Below the pieces are notes generated by a model that saw only the letters and a list, made by a program, of their open reading frames with translations, had not been told where the DNA came from and searched no databases. Below are positions 20,187-29,209 of a stretch of 64,000 bases of DNA, piece after piece. This DNA comes from Nitrospinota bacterium (GTDB lineage Bacteria; UBA8248): positions 1-64,000 of the forward strand of contig JASLZZ010000056.1 of NCBI GenBank assembly GCA_030754595.1, read 5' to 3'. A program made the translations under genes and the position numbers. Every line of letters begins with the position of its first letter. Position 1 is the stretch's first letter.

Positions 20187-21143
20187 ATGGCACACCGCGT
20201 ACTAAATGTGGATTACCGCATCCGTGAGCCGAACCGGCAGCGGTTCTTGCGCGAGTGCCTCCCCGAGGGGTACGAGCTCGTCATCCCCGAGTCGTTCGAC
20301 ACCGAAACCATCCTGCGCGCGGCGAAGGGCGCCCGCGTGATCCTCACCAGCTTTGAGCCTCTCACCGGCGAAATGATGAGGGCGGCCGACGATTTGCGCG
20401 CCGTCGGCAAGGGCGGAACCGGGGTAGACTCCATCGATGTCGCGACGGCCACCGCCCTGAAAATCCCGGTACTGAACACTCCCGGCCATCTCCGCTCGGA
20501 CGCCATCGCCGAGCACGCGATTACGCTCATGCTCATGGTCTCCCGAAGGCCGTGGCTCTGGAAGGAAGGCCACACAACCATCCAGCACAACGAGTTGATG
20601 GGCGCCACCCTCGGAATCGTCGGCCTTGGAAATATCGGCCGGGGCGTCGCCAAAAGGTGCGCCGCGTTCGGGATGGAAATTATCGCCTACACGCGCACGC
20701 CCGGAAAATTCTGGCCCGAGGGCTTCACCGTCGAGGAAACCGCCACTCTCGAGGAACTCCTGCCCCGGGCGGATTACCTTCTGCTCTCCCTTCCGCTCAC
20801 CGAAGAGAGCCGGGGCCTGATCGGCGCAAAAGAGATCGCCTTGATGAAAGACACGGCTTTCCTGATCAATATCGCCCGAGGAGCGCACGTGGATATCGAC
20901 GCCATGGCCGAAGCCATCGCCGGCGGAAAATTCGCCGGGGCTGGACTTGATGTGACCGCACCCGAGCCCCTGCCCGAGGGACATCCGATTCTCGGTCTGC
21001 CCAGCGTCGTCATATCCCCTCACAGCGCCTCGCACACCTCAGGCGTTCAGCAACGAAGCACCCAGCTTCTCTGCGACAACATCCGCCGCGCCGTCGAGGG
21101 CGAACGGGCCACCTCGCTTGTAAATCCGGAGATTTACGACTAG
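20187..21143 (+). CDS. D-isomer-specific 2-hydroxyacid dehydrogenase, tandem paralog
   Basis: Same motifs and length (318 aa); both end in SLVNPEIYD. Confidence 0.9.
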   Translation: MAHRVLNVDYRIREPNRQRFLRECLPEGYELVIPESFDTETILRAAKGARVILTSFEPLTGEMMRAADDLRAVGKGGTGVDSIDVATATALKIPVLNTPGHLRSDAIAEHAITLMLMVSRRPWLWKEGHTTIQHNELMGATLGIVGLGNIGRGVAKRCAAFGMEIIAYTRTPGKFWPEGFTVEETATLEELLPRADYLLLSLPLTEESRGLIGAKEIALMKDTAFLINIARGAHVDIDAMAEAIAGGKFAGAGLDVTAPEPLPEGHPILGLPSVVISPHSASHTSGVQQRSTQLLCDNIRRAVEGERATSLVNPEIYD

Positions 21144-21198
21144 CTTCTCTCTTCAAGGAGGGGTCCACGCCTCAACCAGGGCACGGACCCAAGGACCC

Positions 21199-22371
21199 AT
21201 GACACAGCGAAAAATTCCAGCCGTTTTTTACCGGGGCGGAACGAGCCGCGCTATATTTTTCAACGCAAAAGACATCACCGGCGACCCGCGCATGAGGGAC
21301 GAAATTTTCCTTCGCGCCATCGGGAGCCCGGACCCCAACGGCCGCCAACTCGACGGCCTCGGCGGGGGCATCTCCTCTCTCAGCAAGGTCGCCGTCATCG
21401 GGCCCTCCTCCCGCCCCGACGCCGACGTGGACTACACCTTCGGACAGGTCTCCGTGGATGCCCCTCTGGTGGACTACGCGGGCAACTGCGGGAATATGTC
21501 GAGCGCGGTGGGCCACTTCGCGGTCGATGAAGGCCTTGTCCCCCCGCCTGCGGGCGATGAGGCAATTGTCCGCATTCACAACACGAACACGAACAAGATC
21601 ATCATCTCGAAATTCCGGGTCGAGGAAGGCCGTCCGGCCGTCGAGGGCGATTATGCCCTTCCCGGCGTCGCCGGTACGAGTTCGCTCATCACTCTGGAAT
21701 TCACCGATCCCGGCGGGGCCTCGACCGGAAAGCTGCTGCCCACCGGAAATACTATCGATATGTTCGACATCGAGGGAATCGGGCGGATCGAGGTCAGTCT
21801 TGTGGACGCGACAACCCCCGGCGTTTTCGTCCGGGCGGAGGACCTTGGCCTCACCCTGAAGGAAACGCCGGGCGTCATCGACGCGAATCATACGGCCGTG
21901 GTGAATCTCGAACAGATCCGGGCGGAAGCGGCCGTCCGGATGGGAATATCGCCCAATCGCCGGGCTGCGTCGGAGTCCTCTCCCCTGGTTCCGAAGGTGG
22001 CCCTCGTCTCGCCGCCGAAAGAATATCTCGACCTCACCGGCGCGCCGGTCCCCGCCGACTCGTTCGACATTCTCAGCCGGATGATGTCGATGGGAAAAAC
22101 CCACCGCGCCTACCCGCTCACCGGTTCGATGTGCCTCGCCGTCGCAGCACGGATTTCGGGAACGATTCCCTACGAGGCGGCCCAAACCAAAACGGGCTCT
22201 CTCATTCTCGGCCACGCCTCGGGGGTCCAGCCCGTCGGCGCCGAAGTGTCGGAGACGCCGGAAGGCCCCCGCGCCGAGAAAGTCATTGTCCATCGAACCG
22301 CCCGCCGTCTGATGGAGGGCTCTGTCCTCGTTCCCGCCAGCGTGTTCGAGACGGCCGGGACCAGGGCCTGA
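21199..22371 (+). CDS. prpF: PrpF family isomerase (methylaconitate / 4-oxalomesaconate isomerase-like)
   Basis: RGGTSR, GSPDP.GRQLDGLGGG.SS.SK, NCGNMSSAV and RTARRLMEG motifs. Confidence 0.88.
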   Translation: MTQRKIPAVFYRGGTSRAIFFNAKDITGDPRMRDEIFLRAIGSPDPNGRQLDGLGGGISSLSKVAVIGPSSRPDADVDYTFGQVSVDAPLVDYAGNCGNMSSAVGHFAVDEGLVPPPAGDEAIVRIHNTNTNKIIISKFRVEEGRPAVEGDYALPGVAGTSSLITLEFTDPGGASTGKLLPTGNTIDMFDIEGIGRIEVSLVDATTPGVFVRAEDLGLTLKETPGVIDANHTAVVNLEQIRAEAAVRMGISPNRRAASESSPLVPKVALVSPPKEYLDLTGAPVPADSFDILSRMMSMGKTHRAYPLTGSMCLAVAARISGTIPYEAAQTKTGSLILGHASGVQPVGAEVSETPEGPRAEKVIVHRTARRLMEGSVLVPASVFETAGTRA

Positions 22372-22376
22372 CGAAT

Positions 22377-22742
22377 CTATTCCGAATCGCGGTGGACGTT
22401 CTCCACCGAAAAAGCCGGAAGGCAGACGGCGATATACTCGGCCCCCACCTCTCCGGGGATCGAATAGCGCACCCACTCCCCCCGGCGGCAAACCACCGCC
22501 TGGCCGGCGGCCACTTACATCGCGCCGCTTTCGTGCTCGACGAGCAACTCTCCTTTCAGGACAATCGTGAATTCGTCGAATTCGGGCTTTTGCCCCGGCT
22601 CGATCCATCCCCCCGGGCTGCGCATGCGGGCGATGCTCACGCGGTCGTCTCCCGAGTTCACGCGCCCGAAAAACTCGTCAATCAACTTGGGCTTGTTGCC
22701 CGCCGCCTCGATTCGCGTAGGACCATCAATCAACTTCGGCAT
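22377..22742 (-). pseudogene. Cupin-domain protein interrupted by an in-frame TAA
   Basis: After GAM-TAA (22515-22517) the same frame continues VAAGQAVVCRRGEWVRYSIPGEVGAEYIAVCLPAFSVENVHRDSE* to 22377, completing the cupin pattern. Confidence 0.8.
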
Positions 22743-22787
22743 ATAAACTCCTCCGACGAGAATAAAGGATTCAAATCGGCCCCGGCC

Positions 22788-23723
22788 CTACACTCTCCCC
22801 GAGCTTCTTCTCCCCCCGACCGTTACCAGCCAAACGCCCGTTATCGTCAACGCCGCGCCCGACAGTAGGTTCCAGCCCACCGCTTCGCCCAGCATGACCG
22901 CGCTGCCCGCGACGCCCACCGCCGGCGTCATGAACAGAAAGACCGAAACCCGGGCGGGCGAGTGCTTGAGCATCAGATGGGCCCATAGGACGAGAACGAG
23001 TCCGCTCGAGATCACCCCCATGTGAAATATCGCGTAGAACTCAGCAGGGCCAAACGCATACCGGCCCCCGCCCTCGGTCAACCAGGAAAGAGCCAGGTAG
23101 AGCGGGGCGCCGATAATCATGGCCCACCGCGTCACGGCGAACATATCGGAGCGGGCCAGATATTTCTTGAAGTGTATCGCCTGGAATGCCCAGATCAACG
23201 CCGAAATGACGATGAATAAATCCGCCCAGAGCGCGCTCTCGCCACCCATCCGTTGGGAGAAAATAACTATCGTCCCCGCCATTGCCGTACCGAAACCCAG
23301 GGAGCGGTGGGCGGTGATGCGCTCGCCCGGAAGAAGGGCGGCGGCGAACAGCATGACCCAGATGGGCTGGGTGTAGAAGAGCACTGAAGCGCGGGCAGCC
23401 TGGGTCCCCGTCATCCCGACATACAGGAACAGAATGTAGGCGTTGTGGAGGATGCCGTTAAGGATGCGGTGCGCCCTCTCCGCCGCCGGGGTGGGTAGCG
23501 TCGTTCGATCGGGCACCTTCATCAAAACCATCCACGCCGTCAGGGTCAGGGCTGAAACGGCGGCGCGGATCCAAATGAGCGCAAAAGGGCTCAGTCCATC
23601 ATACGAGGCCTTGATGACCGGCTGGGTCATTCCCCAGACCAACACCAACGCCAGGCTTCCCGCGGCCAATTCGACGGCCCCGCCCCGCCCCGCCGCCTCG
23701 GAATCAGCGCCGGATTTGGTCAA
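22788..23723 (-). CDS. EamA/DMT family transporter
   Basis: Two EamA repeats (FYTQPIW...LPGERI; FMTP...LGEAV). Confidence 0.85.
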   Translation of the reverse strand: MTKSGADSEAAGRGGAVELAAGSLALVLVWGMTQPVIKASYDGLSPFALIWIRAAVSALTLTAWMVLMKVPDRTTLPTPAAERAHRILNGILHNAYILFLYVGMTGTQAARASVLFYTQPIWVMLFAAALLPGERITAHRSLGFGTAMAGTIVIFSQRMGGESALWADLFIVISALIWAFQAIHFKKYLARSDMFAVTRWAMIIGAPLYLALSWLTEGGGRYAFGPAEFYAIFHMGVISSGLVLVLWAHLMLKHSPARVSVFLFMTPAVGVAGSAVMLGEAVGWNLLSGAALTITGVWLVTVGGRRSSGRV

Positions 23724-24130
23724 GTGTTCTCTCCGGCGGGCGGCACACGCTCGCAGATTTCGATACGAACATTTCCGGGCCCCCGGATGAAGGCGATCGC
23801 CCTTCCACCGATACCCGTCCGCTGGGGGGCCATCAGGATATCGGCTCCCCGCGACTCCAGCCAGGCGGTGGTGGCGTCAACGTCATCAACGGCGAAACCC
23901 ACATGGTCCAGGCCCTCGACGAGGCTGGGCGCCCGCGAGTCGGGTGAATCGTCCTCCCTCACGCCACGAGTCCTAAGCGTACCGCCCCCAAGGCGAAAAA
24001 TAGCGTAGACCGCCCTCTTATGGTCATCGATGTACTCGACAGCCTTCATCCCGAATACGCGTTCGAAATAATCGGTCAGCGCGCGAGCGTCGCTGACGAG
24101 GAAATGGACGTGATCAAAATCAAACTCCAC
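23720..24130 (-). CDS. VOC/glyoxalase family protein
   Basis: FDHVHFLV, LDHVGFAV and AFIRGPGNVRIE motifs. Confidence 0.85.
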   Translation of the reverse strand: MEFDFDHVHFLVSDARALTDYFERVFGMKAVEYIDDHKRAVYAIFRLGGGTLRTRGVREDDSPDSRAPSLVEGLDHVGFAVDDVDATTAWLESRGADILMAPQRTGIGGRAIAFIRGPGNVRIEICERVPPAGENT

Positions 24131-24283
24131 GCTACCTCCGCCACAATTCGGGAAATGGGCCGCACGAATATCTCAGGGGCAATTCTCTTTTCGAGCCCGG
24201 CATAGTACGCTGATTGCTCGAATCACCCAAACGAACCCACTCGAACTCCTTCACTTTTTTCGACTCTATTGAAAGTAACCACC

Positions 24284-25198
24284 ATGGCGAAACCCAAGAT
24301 CATCGGAACCAAACACTGGACCCATCACAATGGCGCCGACCTGTTCATATGGAGAAAGCGCCGCAAGGGGCTCCGAAAACCCGCCGGATCGGTCATCCTC
24401 GTGCACGGCTCCTCGGTGGCCTCCACTCCCTCGTTCGACCTTCAAGTCCCGGGGCGGCCCGGTCACTCCCTGATGGATTACCTTGCCGAGCGCGGATACG
24501 ACACTTGGTGCATGGACCACGATGGCTACGGGCGGTCGACCAAGGACAGAAAGGTTCACGCCGGAATCAAGCGGGGAGCCGAAGATCTTTTGGCCACGGC
24601 GAAATACATCCGCAAGACCTCGGGCGCGAAATCCTTTCTGATGTACGGGATTTCCTCGGGCGCTCTCCGCGCCGCCCTTTTCGCGCAGAAATATCCCCAG
24701 TTCGTCAAACGTGTCGTACTCGATGCTTTTGTGTGGACGGGAAAGGAGAGCCCCGCGCTGAAAGATAGAGCCAAGCGCTTCGCCAAGGCCAAGAGCACCG
24801 ATCGGCGCCCCATTCACTCCAAATTCATCCGGACCATTTTCAGCCGCGACAAACACGCGAAAGCCGCATACCCGGACGTGGTCAAGGCGTTCGCCGAGGC
24901 TTGCTGCGAACTCGACGACTCGGTGCCGAACGGCACCTACATCGACATGACCCGTCGGCTGCCGGTGGTCAACCCGCGCAAGTTGACCGTTCCGGTTCTG
25001 ATCACGCGTGGGGAATGGGACGGCATCGCCTCCTACGAAGACCTGATGGAATTCTTCCACTTGCTCCCGAATCCGGACAAGCAATTCGCCGTCATTCCCG
25101 GCATCTCGCACGCAAGTCTCCAGATGAAAAATTTCCAGATTATTTTCCATCTGATCGAGCGCTTTTTCAGCCAGCCGGAACCCATCTACAAAGGCTAG
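24284..25198 (+). CDS. Alpha/beta fold hydrolase
   Basis: LVHGSS, DHDGYGRS, elbow GISSG, RGEWDG and SHAS motifs; ATG 24284. Confidence 0.82.
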   Translation: MAKPKIIGTKHWTHHNGADLFIWRKRRKGLRKPAGSVILVHGSSVASTPSFDLQVPGRPGHSLMDYLAERGYDTWCMDHDGYGRSTKDRKVHAGIKRGAEDLLATAKYIRKTSGAKSFLMYGISSGALRAALFAQKYPQFVKRVVLDAFVWTGKESPALKDRAKRFAKAKSTDRRPIHSKFIRTIFSRDKHAKAAYPDVVKAFAEACCELDDSVPNGTYIDMTRRLPVVNPRKLTVPVLITRGEWDGIASYEDLMEFFHLLPNPDKQFAVIPGISHASLQMKNFQIIFHLIERFFSQPEPIYKG

Positions 25199-25371
25199 CG
25201 GATGAGCTATTTACTTCATTCGGGAGGCCAGTGGGGATAAATTAAAAACAAGCTCAACCGGGAAATACCACATGTCGAAGACGCGGATCCTGAGGGACGG
25301 CGGTGCGGGAGAGTTCGCCCGCCTCCGGGGTTACGCCATTTCGGGAATTTTTTTTCGATAAAGGAGATCAA

Positions 25372-26193
25372 ATGGACACTCAGGACTGGTATTCCGTCAA
25401 AGAATTCGCGCCTGGTAGCTATCAGATCACGGAAGGCGGGCGGTTCAAAATGTTTTTGCTGGCGGGAGACGAGAAAGCCGTCTCCCTAGACAGCGGCATC
25501 GGCGTTGGTAACCTGCGCCGGCTCTGCGAGAGCATCACCGACCGGCCCATCGACCATATTCTCACCCATACGCACTGGGATCACATCGGCGCCTCTCATC
25601 TCTGGGACAAAGTGGGGGTTCATCCCGCCGGAAAAGACTGCCTCGCCTCGGACCTTTCCAAGAACACCCAGGGATTCGTGAAAATGTGGACCGCGAACGG
25701 AAACTCTTTTCCGGACTGGTTCGATCCGGAGAAGTACGCCAACCCGCCGGCCACCTTCGGCTGGACCCTCCAGGAGGGCGATATGATCGACCTCGGCGAT
25801 AGGAAACTCCGGATCTACGACACGCCGGGCCACTCTCCGTGCAGCATTTCCCTTTACGACGAGCGGGAGAAAATCCTGGTTTCGGGCGACCTCATCCGGT
25901 GCGAGGAGTATCTCTTCCTCCAGGTGCCCACCGCCGTGCTCTCCGACTATCCGCCCTCGCTCAGGAAGATGGAAAAGCTCGCGGCCGAAGTCGAGATCAG
26001 ATGGATCACCTCGGGCCACACCGAGCCCTACGGCGATCCTTCGATCATCGGGGAACTCGCCCAGCAGATGGAGGAGCTAGAGGCCGGAAAGCACGACCCG
26101 CCCAAGAAGGTGGACGGAGGAAACTGGGGCGAGGTGGACGAATATGAATTCCCGCGCGTCAAGGTCTGGATACAGGACCACGCCCGGAAATAG
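25372..26193 (+). CDS. MBL-fold metallo-hydrolase
   Basis: THTHWDH, TPGHS, SGD and SGH motifs; ATG 25372 with AAGGAG RBS. Confidence 0.88.
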   Translation: MDTQDWYSVKEFAPGSYQITEGGRFKMFLLAGDEKAVSLDSGIGVGNLRRLCESITDRPIDHILTHTHWDHIGASHLWDKVGVHPAGKDCLASDLSKNTQGFVKMWTANGNSFPDWFDPEKYANPPATFGWTLQEGDMIDLGDRKLRIYDTPGHSPCSISLYDEREKILVSGDLIRCEEYLFLQVPTAVLSDYPPSLRKMEKLAAEVEIRWITSGHTEPYGDPSIIGELAQQMEELEAGKHDPPKKVDGGNWGEVDEYEFPRVKVWIQDHARK

Positions 26194-26232
26194 ACCGGCG
26201 GCAAGTCCCCATCTCTCACCGAGAGGAAGCGC

Positions 26233-27048
26233 ATGGATACGCAAAACTGGTACGACGTTCAGGAGTTCGCGCCGGACACCTACCAAGTCACCGAAGCCGG
26301 CCGGTGGAACATGTTCCTTTTCGTCGGCGAGGAGAAGGCCCTCGCCCTCGACGGCGGGATCGGGGTCGGTAGTTTTAAAAAATTATGCGAGAGCATCACC
26401 GACCTTCCGATCGATCACGTCCTCACGCACACCCATTGGGATCACGTCGGCGCGATACACGAATGGGATTCCGTCGGCGTCCACCCCAACGGCAAGGAAA
26501 AGCTCGCCAACGACTATTCGGCCGGGTGCAAGGATTTCGTGGAAAATTGGAAGGGAAAGTCCTTCCCCGAGGGTTTCGACCCCGTTTCGTTCACCATCCC
26601 GCCCGGCCGGTTCGGCCGGGAGGTCAAGGAGGGCGACGCGATCGACCTCGGCGGCCGCACCCTCCGCGTTTGGGACACACCGGGCCACTCCCCGTGCAGC
26701 ATCTCCCTGTACGACGACCGTGAAGGCGTTCTCATCACGGGCGATCTGGTCAAACCGGGCCAGCCCCTCTTCATCCAGGTGCCGACGGCGGCTTTCTCCG
26801 ACTACGGCCCCTCGCTCCGCACCCTTGAGCGAATCGCCGCCGAAAATGAGGTGAAATGGGTTTGTTCGGGCCACACCGAACCGCACCCGGACCCCACCGT
26901 CATCGGCCGGATGGCCGCCTTCGTCGAGGAGGCCTGGGCCGGGAAACACGAGCCCCCGAAAAAGTTCGAGGCTGGTAAATGGGGTATCGTGGACGAGTAC
27001 GAGGGATCGGGCGTCAAGGTGTGGACGAACGACAACGCGAGACGGTAA
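26233..27048 (+). CDS. MBL-fold metallo-hydrolase, tandem paralog
   Basis: Same motifs; collinear with the upstream copy (MDTQ.WY.V.EFAP). Confidence 0.88.
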   Translation: MDTQNWYDVQEFAPDTYQVTEAGRWNMFLFVGEEKALALDGGIGVGSFKKLCESITDLPIDHVLTHTHWDHVGAIHEWDSVGVHPNGKEKLANDYSAGCKDFVENWKGKSFPEGFDPVSFTIPPGRFGREVKEGDAIDLGGRTLRVWDTPGHSPCSISLYDDREGVLITGDLVKPGQPLFIQVPTAAFSDYGPSLRTLERIAAENEVKWVCSGHTEPHPDPTVIGRMAAFVEEAWAGKHEPPKKFEAGKWGIVDEYEGSGVKVWTNDNARR

Positions 27049-27070
27049 TTCACCCAGGAAACGGAGCCGA

Positions 27071-29014
27071 ATGGCCACCCCCGATATCATCTGGCGGCCG
27101 GGCGAGGATTTTCTCGAAAACAGCCACGTCGCCCGGTTGATGAAGAAAGTAGGCGCGGCGGATTACAGGGAATTCCTCGCCTGGTCGGTCGAGGACATCC
27201 GCCGCTTTTGGGAGGTTGTCCTCGATGACATGAATTTCGAGTGGCAAAAGCCCTACGAAGAACTCCTGGACCTGAGCGGGGGCTTCCCCTGGCCGAAATG
27301 GTTCGTCGGCGGGGAGACGAACATCGCCCTCAACTGCATCGACCGTCATCTGGACAAAAGAAAAGATCAAACCGCCATCATCTGGGAGGGGGACGGCGGC
27401 GAGGTCCGCGAGTTCACCTACGCCGAGCTCTCCGCCGAGGTGAGCCGCCTGTCGAACGCCATGCGCGCGATGGGCCTCGAACCCGGCGACTCCGCTGGGG
27501 TGTTCCTGCCTCTGGTGCCCGAGGCGGTGATCGTCATGTACGCCTGCTTCAAGACGGGCGTCGCCGTGCTTCCCGTATTCTCGGGGTTCGGGCCCGAGGG
27601 ATTGGCCGAGCGGCTGGCGCACGCGGAGGCAAAAATCCTCTTCACGGTGGACGGCGCGGTGCGGCGCGGCAAGACGATTCCGCTCAAGACCACCGCCGAC
27701 GAGGCCTTGAAGAGAGAAACCTCGGTCGAGAAGGTCGTCGTCGTCCGGCGCTCGGGGCTCGAAGTTCCGATGAAAAGCGGGCGCGACGAAACATGGGAGG
27801 AATTCACCACCGGCCACCCCGATACGGCGGAGACGGCCCACCTTCCCGCAGGCGCCGTATCGATGATCATGTACACCTCGGGGACGACCGGAAAGCCCAA
27901 GGGAACTATCTACACCCACGCCGGGCTGATGACCGGGCCCGGACGCGAGGTCCGCTACTGCTTCGATATGAGAGAGGGCGACGTCATGTACTGGGTGACG
28001 GACTTCGGCTGGGTGATGGCGCCCTACGAGCTCGTCGGCTCTCATTTCGGGGGACACACCTGTCTCCTCTACGAGAGCGTCCCGAACCACCCCGAGCCCG
28101 ACCGCCTCTGGCGGATCGTCTCCGGCCACAAGGTCACCCACCTCGGTCTCTCTCCGACGGCGATTCGCGTCCTCAAGAGCGCCGGCGACGAGTGGGTCGA
28201 AAAACACGATCTCTCCTCCCTCCGAGTGCTGGGCTCGACGGGAGAACCCTGGGACCCGGAGTCCTACATGTGGTATTTCGAGAGGGTCGGCGGCGGGCGC
28301 TGCCCGGTCATGAACATTTCGGGCGGCACCGAGATCGGCGGGTGCCTCCTTCAGCCCCTTCCCGTCATGGACCTGACGGTCGGCACACTGGGCGCCCCCG
28401 CGATGGGGGTGGACACCGACGTTTTCGGCGAGGACGGCAAACCCATCCGGAACGAGGTGGGCCATCTCGTCCTCAAGCAGCCGATACCGTCCTTGACCGC
28501 CGGATTTCTAAAAGAGCCGGAGCGCTACCTCGAGACCTATTTCTCGAAATGGGAGGGCGTCTGGTACCACGGCGACTGGGCCAAGTGCGACGAACGCGGG
28601 CTGTGGTACCTTTACGGCCGCTCGGACGACACCATCAAGGTCGCTGGAAAACGCGTCGGGCCCAGCGAGATTGAGGCCGAGCTCATCAAGCACCCCGGCG
28701 TCGTCGAGGCCGCCGTCGTCGGCACACCCCACCCCGTCAAGGGCGAGGGGATCACCTGTTTCGTCGTCATGACCGGAGATTATGAATACACCGACGCCCT
28801 CCGCGAGGAACTTAAAGATCAGACCGTCCAGTATCTGGGAAAAAGCCTCCGGCCCGACGAGGTGAAATTCGTCCAGGCGCTGCCCAAAACGCGCTCGGCC
28901 AAGATCGTCCGCGGCGCGATCAAAAACGTGTATCTGGGCCAGGACGTCGGGCACATGGATTTGAGCTCGCTTGAGAATCCGGCGGTTTTGGATGCGATTA
29001 GAGAAGCGGTGTAG
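27071..29014 (+). CDS. AMP-forming acyl-CoA synthetase (Acs/acetoacetate-CoA ligase-like)
   Basis: YTSGTTGKPKG, STGEP, ISGGTE, GRSDD and LPKTRSAK motifs. Confidence 0.9.
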   Translation: MATPDIIWRPGEDFLENSHVARLMKKVGAADYREFLAWSVEDIRRFWEVVLDDMNFEWQKPYEELLDLSGGFPWPKWFVGGETNIALNCIDRHLDKRKDQTAIIWEGDGGEVREFTYAELSAEVSRLSNAMRAMGLEPGDSAGVFLPLVPEAVIVMYACFKTGVAVLPVFSGFGPEGLAERLAHAEAKILFTVDGAVRRGKTIPLKTTADEALKRETSVEKVVVVRRSGLEVPMKSGRDETWEEFTTGHPDTAETAHLPAGAVSMIMYTSGTTGKPKGTIYTHAGLMTGPGREVRYCFDMREGDVMYWVTDFGWVMAPYELVGSHFGGHTCLLYESVPNHPEPDRLWRIVSGHKVTHLGLSPTAIRVLKSAGDEWVEKHDLSSLRVLGSTGEPWDPESYMWYFERVGGGRCPVMNISGGTEIGGCLLQPLPVMDLTVGTLGAPAMGVDTDVFGEDGKPIRNEVGHLVLKQPIPSLTAGFLKEPERYLETYFSKWEGVWYHGDWAKCDERGLWYLYGRSDDTIKVAGKRVGPSEIEAELIKHPGVVEAAVVGTPHPVKGEGITCFVVMTGDYEYTDALREELKDQTVQYLGKSLRPDEVKFVQALPKTRSAKIVRGAIKNVYLGQDVGHMDLSSLENPAVLDAIREAV

Positions 29015-29092
29015 GGGGGCATGGGGTTACTCAAAAGCTGTCATTCTGAAACATTTTGTATCGACAGACGATATCGAGTAGCCGACATCGTT

Positions 29093-29125
29093 CCCTCACC
29101 CCGCCCCTCTCCCGAAGGGAGAGGG
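29093..29125. repeat. REP-like palindrome (CCCTCACC...CCCTCTCCC-GAA-GGGAGAGGG)
   Basis: 9 bp perfect stem (29105-29113 / 29117-29125) with a CCCTCACC head, located between the two synthetases. Confidence 0.65.
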
Positions 29126-29146
29126 AGGAGAAAAGTTCTTTGGAGG

Positions 29147-29178
29147 CATGGAACCTTTCTTTCAAGAAAGGTTCCATG
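29147..29178. repeat. 14 bp perfect inverted repeat
   Basis: CATGGAACCTTTCT-TTCA-AGAAAGGTTCCATG, ending about 30 bp upstream of the second synthetase start. Confidence 0.75.
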
Positions 29179-29209
29179 AATTGAACGCCTTAAAAAGGAA
29201 ATATCCAAC

